Assembly (NCBI GenBank): GCA_964598905.1
Contig: CAZRFI010000001.1
Location: 24,341 to 71,462 of the forward strand
Origin: an uncultured Candidatus Sericytochromatia bacterium
GTDB taxonomy: Bacteria; Cyanobacteriota; Sericytochromatia; UBA7694
Length of the DNA: 47,122 nt
Reading direction: 5' to 3'
Shown here: positions 27,637 through 35,958 of the stretch, in pieces
Position numbering within the stretch: position 1 is the first letter of the stretch
Layout: every line of letters starts with the position of its first letter
The notes under the pieces: model-generated
What the model was told of the DNA's origin: nothing
What the model saw: the letters and a program-made list of their open reading frames with translations, nothing else
Databases searched by the model: none
Translations under genes and position numbers: made by a program

Positions 27637-27808
27637 TGCAGACCCTATTTTAACAGGGATACTGGGCCAAAGATGTGTTCTGTGACAGCCCCTACGTCTC
27701 AGCCGTGTCCAGGGATGCACATTTAAGGTGTGCCCGCTCATAACAGACGTGCTGTAAATAAATATATATTAAGAAATGTAAAGTACGTTCTTTACCCCTC
27801 CTCCTGCT

Positions 27809-27828
27809 CAGAAATCCAGCGATTTCTG
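27809..27828 (+). repeat. Perfect 8-bp inverted repeat CAGAAATC-cagc-GATTTCTG abutting the riboswitch
   Basis: Read directly from the sequence. The 3' arm overlaps the first 2 nt of the proposed riboswitch P1 helix. Confidence 0.6.
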
Positions 27829-27911
27829 TTAAAGGAAAAAGGCAAACCCACTGCGAGGTGGGGACGCAAAGCCACGGGACTCTCGTAGTTAGCCGGGTCG
27901 CCCATTAAACA
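27827..27911 (+). promoter_or_regulatory. c-di-GMP-I (GEMM-I) riboswitch
   Basis: Conserved GEMM-I blocks appear in the right order: GGCAAAC; a P2 hairpin CCCACU-GCGA-GGUGGG with a GNRA loop; GGGACGCAAAGCC; CGGG; AGCCGGGUCGCC. The flanks TGTTAAAGG / CCCATTAAACA can form P1. It sits 21 nt upstream of the S8 protease ATG. Confidence 0.8.
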
Positions 27912-27931
27912 CCACAAGGAGCCTTTTAAAT

Positions 27932-29305
27932 ATGTCTTTCCAAACCAAACTGTCTCTCAGTCTCTTGGCCCTGTCCTGTTGTTTGACCACTGCCTGTCAA
28001 AATACCCCATTGCCCCAAGCCCTGTCTGAATCCAGTACTGGCTTAAATTCAGCTGCTGCTACCGATCAACTGTTAACTTTAGAAAATGAAACTGATCTCA
28101 AATTAGAATCATTGATGCCCTCAGGCTTTGGGATCAAATCTGAGCAGAGCTTACAGGCAGGAGACCCGGTGCCTGGACGTTTTATTGTCAAATTTAACGG
28201 TTTGAGTGATGCCGAAATGGCACAAGCGTTGGCAGATGCCCAGGTCACGGTGGTGGGTCACATACAACGCAGTGAACAGATCCAATTGGTAGAGAGTCTA
28301 AATTTGGCCAATCCACAAACGAGTATGGCGTTGCTCCAAAACAATCCCAAGGTCGAATTTGTTGAAGCTGACAGCATTGTCAGCATGACCCAGTCGGCCC
28401 CGACACCGACCCTCTACCCCATCAATGATCCCCTGTTAAAATTTCAATATGGCCATGTCAAAGCACAATCACAGCAGGGATGGGCCCTGGCCCAGGGCGG
28501 CAAGGGTCTGGGTGAGAACACCATCATTGCCATTGCCGATACAGGTGTTGATGGCACTCACCCAGATTTAAAAGACAAAATGATTCAGGGCTACAGTGCC
28601 CTCGCTGGCAAAGTAGATCATGCCGATAGCCATGGACACGGCACCCATTGCGCAGGGATTGCCGCTGCTTCCACCAACAATTCAATGGGGATTGCCGGTT
28701 TTGCTCCCAAAGCCAAGATCATGTCGATTCGCATTCTCAACGACAATGGACTGGGTACATTGGCAGGAGTGACTGCGGGCATAACCTATGCAGCCAACCA
28801 CTCGGCCAGTGTCATTAGCATGAGTTTTGCCAGCCCAGTGCGTTCAGCGGCGATAGAAAATGCCATGAATTATGCCCTCTCAAAGAATACTGTGCTGGTG
28901 GCTGGCATGGGCAATAGTGGGAACGGTACCATTAATTACCCGGCAGCCTTTCCCGGAATGATTGCCGTGGGCGCCACCGATAGCAATGATAAACGCGCAG
29001 CATTTTCTGAATATGGGGCCCATTTGTCGGTTTTGGCACCGGGGGTGAATATCGTCTCCACTTTGCCGGGCAATAAGTACATTGGCTGGAATGGCACTTC
29101 TATGGCCACACCCGCTGTCGCTGGCGTAGTGGCACTGGTCAAAAGTGTCCTGCCCAATCTGGCCCCCAACCAAGTCAAATACCTGATTGAAAAGGCCTCC
29201 GATGATATGGGTGACAAAGGCTTTGATACTTACCATGGTTATGGCCGAATCAATGTTCACAGAACACTGACTTACGCTTTTATCAAAGCAAAACAGACGC
29301 CATAA
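27932..29305 (+). CDS. Subtilisin-like (S8) serine protease, lipoprotein
   Basis: 457 aa with an AAGGAG RBS and a signal peptide plus lipobox (LTTAC). There is an inhibitor-I9-like propeptide (GRFIVKF). The catalytic triad contexts are AIADTGVD, HGHGTHCAGI and GTSMATPAVAG. Confidence 0.9.
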   Translation: MSFQTKLSLSLLALSCCLTTACQNTPLPQALSESSTGLNSAAATDQLLTLENETDLKLESLMPSGFGIKSEQSLQAGDPVPGRFIVKFNGLSDAEMAQALADAQVTVVGHIQRSEQIQLVESLNLANPQTSMALLQNNPKVEFVEADSIVSMTQSAPTPTLYPINDPLLKFQYGHVKAQSQQGWALAQGGKGLGENTIIAIADTGVDGTHPDLKDKMIQGYSALAGKVDHADSHGHGTHCAGIAAASTNNSMGIAGFAPKAKIMSIRILNDNGLGTLAGVTAGITYAANHSASVISMSFASPVRSAAIENAMNYALSKNTVLVAGMGNSGNGTINYPAAFPGMIAVGATDSNDKRAAFSEYGAHLSVLAPGVNIVSTLPGNKYIGWNGTSMATPAVAGVVALVKSVLPNLAPNQVKYLIEKASDDMGDKGFDTYHGYGRINVHRTLTYAFIKAKQTP

Positions 29306-29310
29306 ACACT

Positions 29311-29712
29311 TCAGAGATTGAGTTGGGCCGCTTGCAGCGGCATGACCGAAGTAAACTCAACCAGAGGTACCGGCAAATCAGGATCTTCCCCCAAAGGCAG
29401 ATCCTGTTTGTCTGCGGGAATCTGAGAATAGTCGAGAAAGCCCACCACCGCATAGGGATTCATTTCAAACAGAGTGGCAACATGGTTCAGGGCCGATTCT
29501 TCTAAATAGACGGCGAGGCAGTTTTCACAGAAATGGCAAGGCAAAACACAGACCACCGCTTCCCCACTTTCATTGATCATCATGAGACGCTCGTCTTGGG
29601 GAGCGTTTAAGTGTTTATCACAGAGGATACATTGCTGGGGAATGCCCACGGAACTGACAATGGCCTGGCGTTGTTTTAAATGGGGCAGGGGTTCAAACGC
29701 GGTGTTTAACAT
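29311..29712 (-). CDS. Cys-rich (putative zinc-ribbon) hypothetical protein
   Basis: 133 aa from ATG 29712, starting 2 nt after the gatA stop. Cys clusters are CILC and CVLPCHFCENC. The longer track ORF (to 29742) overlaps gatA. Confidence 0.55.
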   Translation of the reverse strand: MLNTAFEPLPHLKQRQAIVSSVGIPQQCILCDKHLNAPQDERLMMINESGEAVVCVLPCHFCENCLAVYLEESALNHVATLFEMNPYAVVGFLDYSQIPADKQDLPLGEDPDLPVPLVEFTSVMPLQAAQLNL

Positions 29713-29714
29713 CG

Positions 29715-31136
29715 TTATAACTCCGGGTGACGAAGATGCCAATCAGTGGCAGACTCATAGGCTTGGGCCAATTGGTAAATGGCGGTCTCAGCCAGTGGTT
29801 TGGCCATGATTTGCAATCCAATTGGCAGATTCTGACTGTCGAAGCCACAGGGCAAAGAGAGGGCAGGAATGCCGACCAGATTCACGGGTACCGTTAAAAT
29901 ATCCGTGAGATACATACTCAGGGGATCTTGCTGTTTTTCACCCAAACGAAAAGCGGTGATCGGCGAAGTGGGAGAAATCAGAAAATCAAAAGTCTCAAAT
30001 TGAGTCTGAAAGTCTTCAATTAAAAGTGTGCGAACTTGTTGGGCCTTTTTATAATAAGCATCGTAATAGCCCGAAGAGAGCGAATAAGTGCCCAACATAA
30101 TTCGGCGTTTGACCTCATCCCCAAAGCCTTCATTCCGGCTCTGGGTATACATCTCGACCAAGTTTGAAGCCTGGGCAGACCGATGCCCATAGCGCACGCC
30201 ATCAAAGCGGGCCAAATTCGAACTGGCTTCGGAGGTAGCAATCAAATAATAGGCTGCGAGGGCATATTTTAAACGCGGCAAGCTGGTCTCAGCAATAATT
30301 GCGCCTTGACTTTCAAAGACCCCCAAGGCCTTTTCAATCGCATCACGCACTTCAGGCTCGACTCCCTCTGCCAGCATTTCACGCGGCACACCAATCTTCA
30401 GGCCGCGAATATCTTTGCCCAAATCACGGCTAAAATTTTCAGAGGGCAATTTGAGCGAGGTGGAATCGGCAGGATCATGACCGGCAATCAAATTGAGAAG
30501 TGTTGCATTGTCGCGCACTGTTAAAGTCAAAGGACCAATTTGGTCAAGTGATGAGGCATATGCCACCAGGCCATAGCGCGAAACCCGGCCATAGGTCGGC
30601 TTCATACCTACCACGCCACAAAATGCTGCGGGTTGACGAATACTGCCCCCGGTGTCCGATCCCAGGGCCCAGGGAGAGGCACCCGCAGCCACCAATGCAG
30701 CGGGTCCCCCACTGCTTCCGCCGGGGACGCGCTCTAGGTCCCAGGGATTCAAACTGGTGTGAAAGGCCGAGTTCTCATTGGATGAACCCATCGCAAATTC
30801 GTCCATATTGGCTTTGCCCAAAATCGGCAAACCCGCATTTAAGAGTTTTTGACTCACTGTGGCTTGGTAGGGTGGCACAAAATTGCCCAAAATCCGAGAG
30901 CCACAGGTGGTGGGATGCTCTGCCAAACAGATATTATCTTTGAGCACGATCGGAATATCTTGAAAATCTGATTGGCCACTGCTCAGGCGAACGGGTGTAT
31001 CAAAACAATTTAGATAGCCCTGAATCTTTTTTTCGACCCTGTTAGCGCGTTTTTGGTAGATGTCTAATATGTCAGAGGGCTGAATTTCACCCGTTTTGAG
31101 CAGCTTGCTCCAGGTAGAAGCGGAGGTATAAAACAT
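29715..31136 (-). CDS. gatA: Glutamyl/aspartyl-tRNA amidotransferase subunit A
   Basis: Amidase signature GGSSGGPAALVAAG..GSDTGGSIRQPA plus GatA-specific blocks YYLIATSEASSNLARFDGVRYG and GFGDEVKRRIMLGTYSLSSGYYDAYY. The start is set at ATG 31136 (GGAG RBS). The track start at 31184 adds 16 atypical residues. Confidence 0.92.
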   Translation of the reverse strand: MFYTSASTWSKLLKTGEIQPSDILDIYQKRANRVEKKIQGYLNCFDTPVRLSSGQSDFQDIPIVLKDNICLAEHPTTCGSRILGNFVPPYQATVSQKLLNAGLPILGKANMDEFAMGSSNENSAFHTSLNPWDLERVPGGSSGGPAALVAAGASPWALGSDTGGSIRQPAAFCGVVGMKPTYGRVSRYGLVAYASSLDQIGPLTLTVRDNATLLNLIAGHDPADSTSLKLPSENFSRDLGKDIRGLKIGVPREMLAEGVEPEVRDAIEKALGVFESQGAIIAETSLPRLKYALAAYYLIATSEASSNLARFDGVRYGHRSAQASNLVEMYTQSRNEGFGDEVKRRIMLGTYSLSSGYYDAYYKKAQQVRTLLIEDFQTQFETFDFLISPTSPITAFRLGEKQQDPLSMYLTDILTVPVNLVGIPALSLPCGFDSQNLPIGLQIMAKPLAETAIYQLAQAYESATDWHLRHPEL

Positions 31137-31253
31137 GCCAAATCTCCTCGCATTCGTGGCAACAATTAAGCGATATACCAGCAATATACCAGGGAAAAAG
31201 CCGACAGTGTATACAATTAAGCCTTAGCCGGGGTATTGCAGGTTTTTAATTTA

Positions 31254-31262
31254 TGCTAAAAT
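31254..31262 (+). promoter_or_regulatory. Extended -10 element TGCTAAAAT
   Basis: TGnTAnAAT motif in the AT-rich divergent region, about 130 nt upstream of the response-regulator start. Confidence 0.35.
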
Positions 31263-31272
31263 AGCTACTTAA

Positions 31273-31291
31273 ATAGAAGCCCATAGAAGCC
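31273..31291 (+). repeat. Tandem direct repeat ATAGAAGCC(c)ATAGAAGCC with 10-bp period
   Basis: Two exact 9-mers at 31273-31281 and 31283-31291, read directly from the sequence. Confidence 0.7.
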
Positions 31292-31392
31292 TGCTTGAAT
31301 CTGAATTTACATTTGTGAGCTGTAGTTACGTTTTTTTTTCGCAATTTTGATAGGCTAAAATAAGAAATAAAGGGTTACAAGGTATTTTTTAA

Positions 31393-32127
31393 GTGTTTGT
31401 TCGTCCAAGATTACTCGTTGTAGAAGATGAACCCGATATCCTAACACTCCTGGAACGCATTCTTCAGGAAGAGAACTATGAAGTGCTCAAAGCCCCCACT
31501 GCCGAAAGGGGATTGGAGATCATCGAAGAAACCCTGCCCACAGCTATTGTTGCTGATATCAACTTGCCCGGCATGAGTGGACTCGATTTTTGCAAACGTG
31601 TGAAGAGACATTACCCAGAAATCCCAGTGCTGTTTCTTTCGGGCTTGACCGATGAGTTTGATAAAGTGCTCGGCCTCGAACTGGGTGCAGAAGACTATAT
31701 CACCAAACCCTTTAATGTACGTGAGTTTAAAGCACGTATCAAGGTGATGTTGCGCCGAGTCACCCAACCCCCCCCTAAACCAGCCATACCCAGCGGTCAA
31801 AAGCGCGAAATCACAGCAAACCTCTTTATTGATGTGCTCAAACGTCAGGTCTTTATCGAAAAAATCGAAGTGCAATTGACCAAAAAAGAATTTGATATCT
31901 TGATGTTATTGGCCTCTCGGCCCGGTCAGGTCTTTACCCGCGAGCATATTCTTGATGTCATTTGGCACGATGATGCAAACGTCAGTGACCGCACTGTGGA
32001 TGTACATATTGGTCGTCTGCGGGAAAAAATCATCGTTGATCCCGAAAAGCCCCCCCATGTCGAGACCGTCAGAGGGGTTGGTTATCGCTGCAACCCACAT
32101 ATTGTTGTTGAAGTGGTAGACGTTTAA
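31393..32127 (+). CDS. OmpR/PhoB-family response regulator
   Basis: GTG start. The receiver domain shows LLVVEDEPDI, phospho-acceptor context VADINLPGMSG and KPF. The winged-helix output shows LTKKEFDIL, RTVDVHIGRLREK and VRGVGYR. Confidence 0.9.
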   Translation: MFVRPRLLVVEDEPDILTLLERILQEENYEVLKAPTAERGLEIIEETLPTAIVADINLPGMSGLDFCKRVKRHYPEIPVLFLSGLTDEFDKVLGLELGAEDYITKPFNVREFKARIKVMLRRVTQPPPKPAIPSGQKREITANLFIDVLKRQVFIEKIEVQLTKKEFDILMLLASRPGQVFTREHILDVIWHDDANVSDRTVDVHIGRLREKIIVDPEKPPHVETVRGVGYRCNPHIVVEVVDV

Positions 32128-32160
32128 ATCGTTTAATTCCGATTGCCCCTGGAGCTTGTC

Positions 32161-33672
32161 ATGCCCATTTCCGCCAATTGGCTAGAGACAGCAGTTGCGC
32201 TTTTGCAAGCCAGAAAATTGCCAGAATTGGTGCAATTCGCTCAGGCCGTTTTGGCTCAGTCCCCAAATTTGGACGAGGCAGCAGTCAGAGACAGAGCCCA
32301 TGCCCATTATTTTTTGGGCTTAGCTTGGGCTGAAAGCAAACCGGAATTTGCCTTGGCAGCCTTTTTACAGGCTTTAAATGCGATTCCCAACCACCCAGAT
32401 TATCTCCGCCAGACGGGTCATTTATTGCGGAGAATGGGCCAAGAAGCTGAAGCTCTGGGCTATTACCAGCAGGCCGTGACACAGTATCCAGATCAGCTCA
32501 GCGCCCGGCTTAATTTGCTACAGATGTTGCGGCAAATGCGGGCCTGGGATGATTTGCTGGTTCAACTGGACCTTGCTCTGGTGCAATTCCCAGAGGATAT
32601 CCATTTAATCGAGCGCGAAAATGGCTTGCGTATTTCGGCCCAACAAGGGCTGGCAGATTCAGCCCTCATCGCCCAAGACTACCCTAAAGCATTAAATCAC
32701 TTCCAACAGGCTTTTCTCCTTCAACGTGGAAATCCCTGGTCTGATTTGGATTCGGAGTTTAAACCGAAGGAAATACAAAGGCCAAGCTCTGATCTGCCGG
32801 CAGAAATCAGCAGAGATAAATGGGTCCATGATCTTGAGCAATGGCTTTGGCTAGATCAGCAGAGGCTTTTGCCCAAACAAGCGCAAGCGAGTTTACCTGA
32901 AATTCAGCAGATTGCCTCCAAACTATCAGAAGATTCCCGCAACACTTTGTCTCTCTCACCTGAGCAACAAACACGCTTGAAACATTGTTTCAACGCCCCC
33001 ATCCACTGGCCCCAACCAGCTTATTCAGGTCCCTTGCTCAATCCAGATTTGGACTTCGAGGCGCTTGAAAACAGCTTTTTAAAATCGCCAGTTCCCCTGC
33101 TTTGGTTTGATCACTTTCTCAGCATTGAGGCCTTAAACAGCTTGCGACAATTTTGTTTGGGTGCCACACTTTGGCGTGATTATTATGCCGACCAGGGCTA
33201 TCTGGGTGCATTTATGGATGATGGATTTGTTTCACCTCTGCTGTTAAAAATAGCAGAGGCGCTGCAAATCGCCTTCCCCAGAATTTTGGGAGAAAAAGCC
33301 CTGCATTATCTCTGGGGCTTTAAATATGGTTCATCCAGCCAGGGAATCCGCCTTCATGCTGACCAAGCCCAAATCAACCTCAATTTTTGGCTCACACCCG
33401 ACAGTGCCAATCTAAATTCCGCGGGGGGAGGGTTACAAGTATACGACCGCAGCGCGCCATCAGACTGGAACTTCCAGGACTACAACGATCAGTCCAGCCA
33501 GGCCCGGATTCAAGCCTATCTTTTGCATTCAAAGGCCCAATTGACACAGATTCCCCACCGTCAAAACCGAGCAGTACTCTTTCACTCACGGCTATTCCAC
33601 CGCACGGACCCGCCGCAATTTAAACAGGGTTATGAAAACCGGCGTATCAATGTTACCATGCTGTTTGGGTAA
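32161..33672 (+). CDS. TPR-repeat protein with C-terminal 2OG-Fe(II) oxygenase-like domain
   Basis: The N-terminal half carries TPR-like repeats (AHYFLGLAWAE.., ALGYYQQAVTQYPD..). The C-terminal half has an HxD...H...R facial-triad pattern (IRLHAD, GGGLQVY, NRAVLFHSRLFHRTD, RRINVTMLF). ATG 32161 has a GGAG RBS. The track start is TTG 32143. Confidence 0.7.
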   Translation: MPISANWLETAVALLQARKLPELVQFAQAVLAQSPNLDEAAVRDRAHAHYFLGLAWAESKPEFALAAFLQALNAIPNHPDYLRQTGHLLRRMGQEAEALGYYQQAVTQYPDQLSARLNLLQMLRQMRAWDDLLVQLDLALVQFPEDIHLIERENGLRISAQQGLADSALIAQDYPKALNHFQQAFLLQRGNPWSDLDSEFKPKEIQRPSSDLPAEISRDKWVHDLEQWLWLDQQRLLPKQAQASLPEIQQIASKLSEDSRNTLSLSPEQQTRLKHCFNAPIHWPQPAYSGPLLNPDLDFEALENSFLKSPVPLLWFDHFLSIEALNSLRQFCLGATLWRDYYADQGYLGAFMDDGFVSPLLLKIAEALQIAFPRILGEKALHYLWGFKYGSSSQGIRLHADQAQINLNFWLTPDSANLNSAGGGLQVYDRSAPSDWNFQDYNDQSSQARIQAYLLHSKAQLTQIPHRQNRAVLFHSRLFHRTDPPQFKQGYENRRINVTMLFG

Positions 33673-33695
33673 CCCCCGCAAGGAAGGAATGTGGC

Positions 33696-35054
33696 TTGAG
33701 CGATCGCGATTCATTTATTCAGCCGTTTAAAAACCGGCTATTTGAGATCTTTAACGCGTCTTCATCTGGCCAGGATCCTTACCGTCAAAGCACGTATCAG
33801 CGTCAACAGCGCAAAAAAAAAGGTGCGAAACCTGAAGTCGGCGAAGACTGGGATCAGGAATCGCAACTCTTCTTTGATGATTTTATCTCTCTCGATGAAG
33901 AAAAAATTACCCATGGTCTGAACAGGGCCCAGGTGCGCAAAGCCTTTGACCGCAAATTCAGAACATCTACCCGCAGCGATGAGCTGGCTCGGGAAATGGA
34001 AATCATCGAAGACACCTTTGGCACCCAGGGAGTCTCTCCCGAGACAACGTCTGCCAAACTCGAAAAACTGGCTGGGTTTATCTCAGATTTTGAGCAATTG
34101 ATTCGCAGTCGGGCCCCTTCTGTAGCGGGTCGCTTTCAACTTTTTTCGCTGCCTGCCCTGCGCCGCCTCAAAGAATGGGGCATGCAGGCAAAAATCTTAC
34201 AGAACCTCGTGTGGCTGCGGATCATCCACCGCATGCAATTGGAAGTGCTCGACAATCCTGAGGCATTTTTACATGTTCAACTCTGCTTGCAGGCGCTGGA
34301 CCTGCCTATGCGCCATATGGAGCTTCAGCGTTTTATTGAAAGACACCTGATTGACCTGCCCTCATTTGAATCTTTATTGCACCAGACTTACCATTATTTG
34401 GAGCAAAATGCACGCATTTTTGAGGCGATGGAAAATGAAATGCGCTTGTTGAGTATGCAGGTTCAGCCTTGGTTTTTGCACTTGATAGGCAGACCCTATC
34501 TCAACCTCGAAAAACGACTGGGCAAACGCCACCTCGAAAACCGCTATTTGCGGCTCAAATCCCAAATGATGGAAGTCCAACGCCAAGTCAAACATTTGGA
34601 AAAGAGCCAAAGTTCTCTGGCCCATTTTTTGGGCGAAAAAGCTGAATTACTTCAGGCTTGGCAAGGGTTAGAGGATCATTTGGTCGCATTGCTAGAATTG
34701 CTTGATTTGAGCAAAAGTGAAGCCGAGGTCAATGGCGAGCAGAAAGCAGACATGCTGAGGCGTTTGGGTATCCTTGAGCCGATTCCCAACTCAGTGAACG
34801 CGCTGTTTCAACTTGAATATTTGGTGCAATTATTGGCCCAATTGCAAAATCGAGATTTTTTTGACAGCCCTGAACGCCCCGATGTCTATGTCGCCCCTTT
34901 GACCTTGCGCCAATTGCAGAGTATCAAAAGCCAAGACCTCGCGGCTTTGGAGAAATGGGCCATTTTTAAAGTGCAACAGGTTTTGCTGCTGCAAAATGAG
35001 ACGCTTAGGCCGACGTTTTTGGCTTGTCAGCAGGCGCAAGTCCCGTCGAAGTAA
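33696..35054 (+). CDS. Hypothetical helical / coiled-coil protein
   Basis: 452-aa ORF with a TTG start 8 nt after an AAGGAAGG RBS. It is Lys/Gln-rich at the N-terminus and Leu-rich helical in the body. I recognise no family. Confidence 0.55.
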   Translation: MSDRDSFIQPFKNRLFEIFNASSSGQDPYRQSTYQRQQRKKKGAKPEVGEDWDQESQLFFDDFISLDEEKITHGLNRAQVRKAFDRKFRTSTRSDELAREMEIIEDTFGTQGVSPETTSAKLEKLAGFISDFEQLIRSRAPSVAGRFQLFSLPALRRLKEWGMQAKILQNLVWLRIIHRMQLEVLDNPEAFLHVQLCLQALDLPMRHMELQRFIERHLIDLPSFESLLHQTYHYLEQNARIFEAMENEMRLLSMQVQPWFLHLIGRPYLNLEKRLGKRHLENRYLRLKSQMMEVQRQVKHLEKSQSSLAHFLGEKAELLQAWQGLEDHLVALLELLDLSKSEAEVNGEQKADMLRRLGILEPIPNSVNALFQLEYLVQLLAQLQNRDFFDSPERPDVYVAPLTLRQLQSIKSQDLAALEKWAIFKVQQVLLLQNETLRPTFLACQQAQVPSK

Positions 35055-35745
35055 CTCGCCCGTCGCGCAATTGAATTGTACGATGGCTGCGGGCCGCCAA
35101 GTCGAGATTGTGAGTGACAAAGACAATCGCCAGGTCTTCAGTGCGATTGAGTTCATGTAATAGCCCAAATACCTGTTCGGTATTTTCTGTGTCGAGATTG
35201 CCTGTGGGCTCATCAGCCAGAATCAAAGGCGGGTGATTGCATAGGGCACGGGCAATGGCCACGCGTTGCTGTTCGCCCCCACTTAACTCCACCGGCCGGT
35301 GCTTGAGACGGTGGCTCAAACCGACCCGCTCAAGCAATTCACTTGCACGTTTTTCAGCCAAATTCCGGGGCTTTCCTGCCAAAAGCTGGGGAATAACAAC
35401 ATTTTCAAGCGCACTGAATTCAGGCAATAAAAAGTGAAATTGAAAGACAAAGCCAATTTCTTTTTGGCGCAGCTCCGTCAATTCAGGATCTTTCATTTGT
35501 GATGTGCGCTGGTTATTGACCCAGATTTCGCCTTGACTGGGACGATCAAGGGCCCCCAAGAGGTAGAGCAAGGTCGTTTTACCGCTGCCACTGGGGCCCG
35601 TTAAGGCTACAAATTCGGCTTTTTCGACCTGGAGACTGACATCATATAAAACAGGGGTTAATAATTGTTTGCCCAGGGTTTTGCCAATCGAATCGGCCCT
35701 GAGGACGGGTGGAGCAGTCTTTGGTAGACGCAAGGGTAGACTCAT
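35005..35745 (-). CDS. ABC transporter ATP-binding protein, LolD/MacB-type
   Basis: Walker A is GPSGSGKTT, the signature is LSGGEQQRVAIARAL and Walker B is ILADEPTGNLD. This is the typical LolD/FtsE-like family pattern. No permease gene is adjacent. Confidence 0.85.
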   Translation of the reverse strand: MSLPLRLPKTAPPVLRADSIGKTLGKQLLTPVLYDVSLQVEKAEFVALTGPSGSGKTTLLYLLGALDRPSQGEIWVNNQRTSQMKDPELTELRQKEIGFVFQFHFLLPEFSALENVVIPQLLAGKPRNLAEKRASELLERVGLSHRLKHRPVELSGGEQQRVAIARALCNHPPLILADEPTGNLDTENTEQVFGLLHELNRTEDLAIVFVTHNLDLAARSHRTIQLRDGRVTSTGLAPADKPKTSA

Positions 35746-35958
35746 TGCGCAATGCCAGTGAGTTCAAGCCACCAAGGTGGAGATGAATAAACTGAACGCA
35801 CATCATGATAGAAAGGCGAGTTAAATGCCCCAGTCAATGCGGGCAGGCCTGATGGGCGTGACGATAAAACCGCACGGGTGAAAGTATGCTGACGGGTAAT
35901 ATCCATACTCCCAGTATAGAAGATTCTCAACCCAAGCTGAAGTTGTCACATTCAAATC

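Noticed and set aside
27637-27741. 5' extension of the DUF1499 ORF (MSGHTLNVHPWTRLRRRGCHRTH...).
   Set aside because: The composition is Arg/His/Trp-rich and looks non-coding. The family-typical protein length is reached from ATG 27636.
35742-35930. 62-aa ORF whose stop overlaps the LolD-like ATG (ATGA), a possible small upstream gene.
   Set aside because: The sequence has no recognisable family, signal peptide or TM helix, and its composition looks non-coding. It cannot be supported without conservation or ribosome-profiling data.
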